Source of the DNA: Chlorokybus atmophyticus
Taxonomy: Eukaryota; Plantae; Mesostigma and Chlorokybus algae
Assembly (NCBI GenBank): GCA_009103225.1
Contig: RHPI01003244.1
Span: 248,001-312,000 of the forward strand
Direction: 5' to 3'
Length of the DNA: 64,000 bases
This document shows, piece after piece, positions 61,045 to 64,000 of the stretch. Numbering within the stretch: position 1 is the first letter of the stretch; each line of letters starts with the position of its first letter. Position numbers and translations under genes: made by a program. Under the pieces are notes generated by a model, which saw nothing but the letters and a program-made list of their open reading frames with translations, was not told the origin of the DNA and ran no database searches.

Positions 61045-64000
61045 GTTCACCAATAACCTCTACAAGAAGGATTGCAAGTAACGAGCAGCTAACACACTTG
61101 AAAGCTGTTGACAACCAAAACCAGCGGCCACTAAGCAATATATACAACCCCTCAAGCTGCTGCTGCTGCTGCTGCCCACTCCACTTGTTGTTGGCCACTG
61201 CATGCAATGCGGGTCACGCACAATATCCGTCAGGAAACAGGAAATCCGAGATTTCTCACGGACATTTTCCCGGAACGCCTAGGCTAGGCGTTCCGGATAA
61301 CGCAAACCACGGAGCAGAAACCTGATCCGCTTCACCCCTTGGTAAAGCTTCACGGTTACACGTTACAACCCAGTGACCCACCATGTAATGTAGCTTGCCG
61401 ACCTCGTAACTGTTTGGGGATTTTTCTCTGGCGCCACAAGCGTCGACACAGGGCATGATTGTGGAAAGGCAAGTCCAGCGTGGCTAAGCATAGGAGCTGA
61501 CGTCACGTCGGAGATACCGCGGGCGCAACCACGCGGACCCTGCCGTCGATGGCGCGGATCGGACGGTATAGGATATATTGATATCCGCGCCGATCCCACA
61601 TCAGCAGCGGGTCTCTGACGCCTTTGTGGATCTCACTCGACGGAGATCTCGCGGGCTTCCACGCGTCATGCTAAGATAGTGCGGCTTTGTGCAGTCGGCG
61701 ATTGCCAGTCGCCCAAAGAGACAAAGTCGACAGTTTATCGGTATGCCGCTGCGTCACCGCCGATCAATACGCAGTACTGTACTCCGCTGCCCGACGTGTT
61801 ATTTTGCTGCTGCGGCATACAGTTGGCGACCCAAACCGAAACATAAAGATATACATCAATTGTTATAACAATTGCAACTTGCTCAACTAAAGCTGCGACC
61901 GACTGAGGCAAATCTGATAGACAATACACAAGGAAAACAGAGGGTCCCTCAATCGTCAGTACACACTCTAGCTATCAAATTTTGAGCACAAGCACAAGCA
62001 TAGGCACATACCCACAATAATTGCGACGAAAAGGGCTGGCGCCAAGTGCAAGTGCGAATGCGGTGAAGCAAGCAGGTTTGCAAGGACGGGCATACCTGCA
62101 GAAGCGCACATAGAGAGGAGGGTAGAGGGTCAGGTTATGCTAAGACGACCATGACCGATAGCATGTGGGTATGCTTGTAGTTAAATGGTGAAGTAGTTTA
62201 GCGCATGCATGTTGCACACACAGCTGTTTCACATGAAGGTAAAAATCCAGTTTAAGGAGGTTTAATGTTCCAGATAGGCGCTTAACGTCAAGGTTGGGGC
62301 TTGCAAAAACGTTGCGGTAAAAAATTGGATAATAATATGCAAACCACAACTCCGATTATTAGTGATACTACTACCGGGCTTTTTTTATCGCCCTGCGTTA
62401 ATTCCCTCGTTTTCTCACTAATAACACTTAAAAAAATGCATGCTGGAGAGAACATTATCTGTCCACTATTTGTCGAGTTCGTCTTCATGTGTTCGGTATA
62501 AGCGCGACTTGTGGGATATTATAATTGTATTATGTAGCCCAAAAGCTTAACGGAAGCGCTCGTGTGTCCTTAAAAAAAGGGTAATAGCGTATACATCATT
62601 TACCTAAGGCAACACATGTGTAGGCAAACCGGCCTAATTGGTCTTTAAAGGATCATTATTGGATTGCTAGTAGGCTTGCGTTTGCAAATTCTTAAATGTC
62701 TACCTGTCTTTGGTCACGACGGTCGATGATCACCGACACTAATGCAGCATTTATGCACCAACACAAAAGCGGCATCGAGCTGCAGCAATGGCATTATACA
62801 TGCAAGCAAACACCATTATCCGTGTTGGGCTAGGCGTCCACGAGGGCTGATCCTTCTCAACAATATTGTTGTTGGATGTTGATGGTGTGCGCGATAACGT
62901 CATTATTAGTGTACCCGAGGCTGACGCTGTTGTAGATAGCCGTATCATACTCGGCTAAGAAGCTCACACCCGGCATAGCTAAGTTCAGAGAAAGCTATGT
63001 AGGCAGCAAGCTTGTGCACATGGATATGCATGGGAACAAGGATGGTGGTGCAGGTGTGTGTGTCTGCAATAATGGAAGAGTTGGTGCGCGTGGATGCGCA
63101 CGGCAGCAAGGAGGGTGGTGCAAGTGTAAAAAGAAAGACAATGTTATGCTTTATATGCTACATGCATGTATAACAATTCGAAAAAGCTATGTACAAACAA
63201 TGCGAAACGAATTTGCTCATGCATAGTAATGTGTGTGCCGGCAGCGCTTGAGGAGCTAGTACGCGTGGATGTGCATGGCAACGATGTAGCCGGTGAAATG
63301 GTGCACGAATGCCTTCCCTACCCTACCCTATACGTTATAGCAATCACAAATTCAACGCATTCATCACACATCATCAAGCACGCTTTGGAACCCACGCACA
63401 CACCAACCAGCAGGCCAGAGCAAATCAATTAGTTACCACCAGATCAACCACCTAAAGAACCAAAGGGGCTGGGCCGCCCAGCCCCCTTAATTCTTATAGT
63501 ATGTGCAGTGCTGACTCATGACGGCTGCAGTAGCCTCTAGCAGCAGTAGTACCAGCAGCCGCAAGAGGAAGAGGAGGGAGGGATTGGGAAAGAGTAGCAG
63601 AGGTGAGTTTACGAGGACGGCAAGGACGACCATCAAGGCCACGACGTGATTGCCTAGCCCCCACGAACTGCCTCCATTGGCGATTCCTCACTCATTTTAC
63701 GTAACTCACAATGGCCGCAAAGCGAATACGGCTGCAGGCATTATAGCAAGGCAATCATGTAGTTTGCAAGTGGCTGCAAGTCATGTGAGGCCGAGTCATG
63801 TAAGGCAAAGTGTGACATTAAGATCTATGTCATGCATAGACACACATAGCAAGGCACACATTCACAGACAGCGGGCATCGTGATGCCTGCTCCCCGCTGG
63901 TCGTGCATGGCACACTCACATGTGCTCACCTGCGCTCATGTTTACCTCGCTACCTCAGTGTAGTTGGCGATGAGACTGTACAGTTTGCGGTAGGTGCTAT

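Noticed and set aside
61350-61800. ACGT-core motifs (TGACGTCACGTC etc.) upstream of the LEA gene as ABRE-like elements
   Set aside because: No full ABRE consensus near the start; such cores are expected by chance in GC-rich DNA.
63465-63500. GC-rich 9-bp hairpin followed by ..TATAG|T, like a Helitron 3' end
   Set aside because: Terminal tetramer is not CTRR, and no matching 5' TC end or Rep/helicase sequence was found.
1-64000. CRISPR arrays, rRNA, tRNA or prokaryotic operons
   Set aside because: No regularly spaced repeats with unique spacers, no tRNA cloverleaf or rRNA signatures seen; the sequence is spliceosomal-intron-rich eukaryotic DNA.

Overview
Eukaryotic, intron-rich genomic DNA. 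The short GT-AG introns, plant-like proteins and a plastid transit peptide point to a green alga, possibly an early-diverging streptophyte (inference). Eight host protein-coding genes are supported: PIG-A (GPI GlcNAc transferase, -), trehalase GH37 (+), a secreted phytocyanin fused to a GDPH/Root-cap-like domain (-), a CENP-E/kinesin-7 (-), an F-box protein (+), a ~880-aa protein ending in a complete histone H2A fold (-), the autophagy receptor NBR1 (-) and a plastid-targeted LEA-like repeat protein (-). Transposable elements: a decayed chromovirus (Ty3/gypsy) 3' end split by a related solo LTR, and a nested DNA-transposon cluster at 27.6-35.0 kb (a non-coding inverted-repeat host containing a hAT and a pogo/Tc2 element, plus an adjacent pogo MITE). 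The most unusual object is the giant H2A variant with a ~750-aa acidic/coiled-coil N-terminal extension and an L1-loop insertion; the phytocyanin-GDPH fusion is second. All exon models were assembled by hand from splice signals and homology recalled from known families; no database searches were run. No rRNA, tRNA or CRISPR array was recognised.
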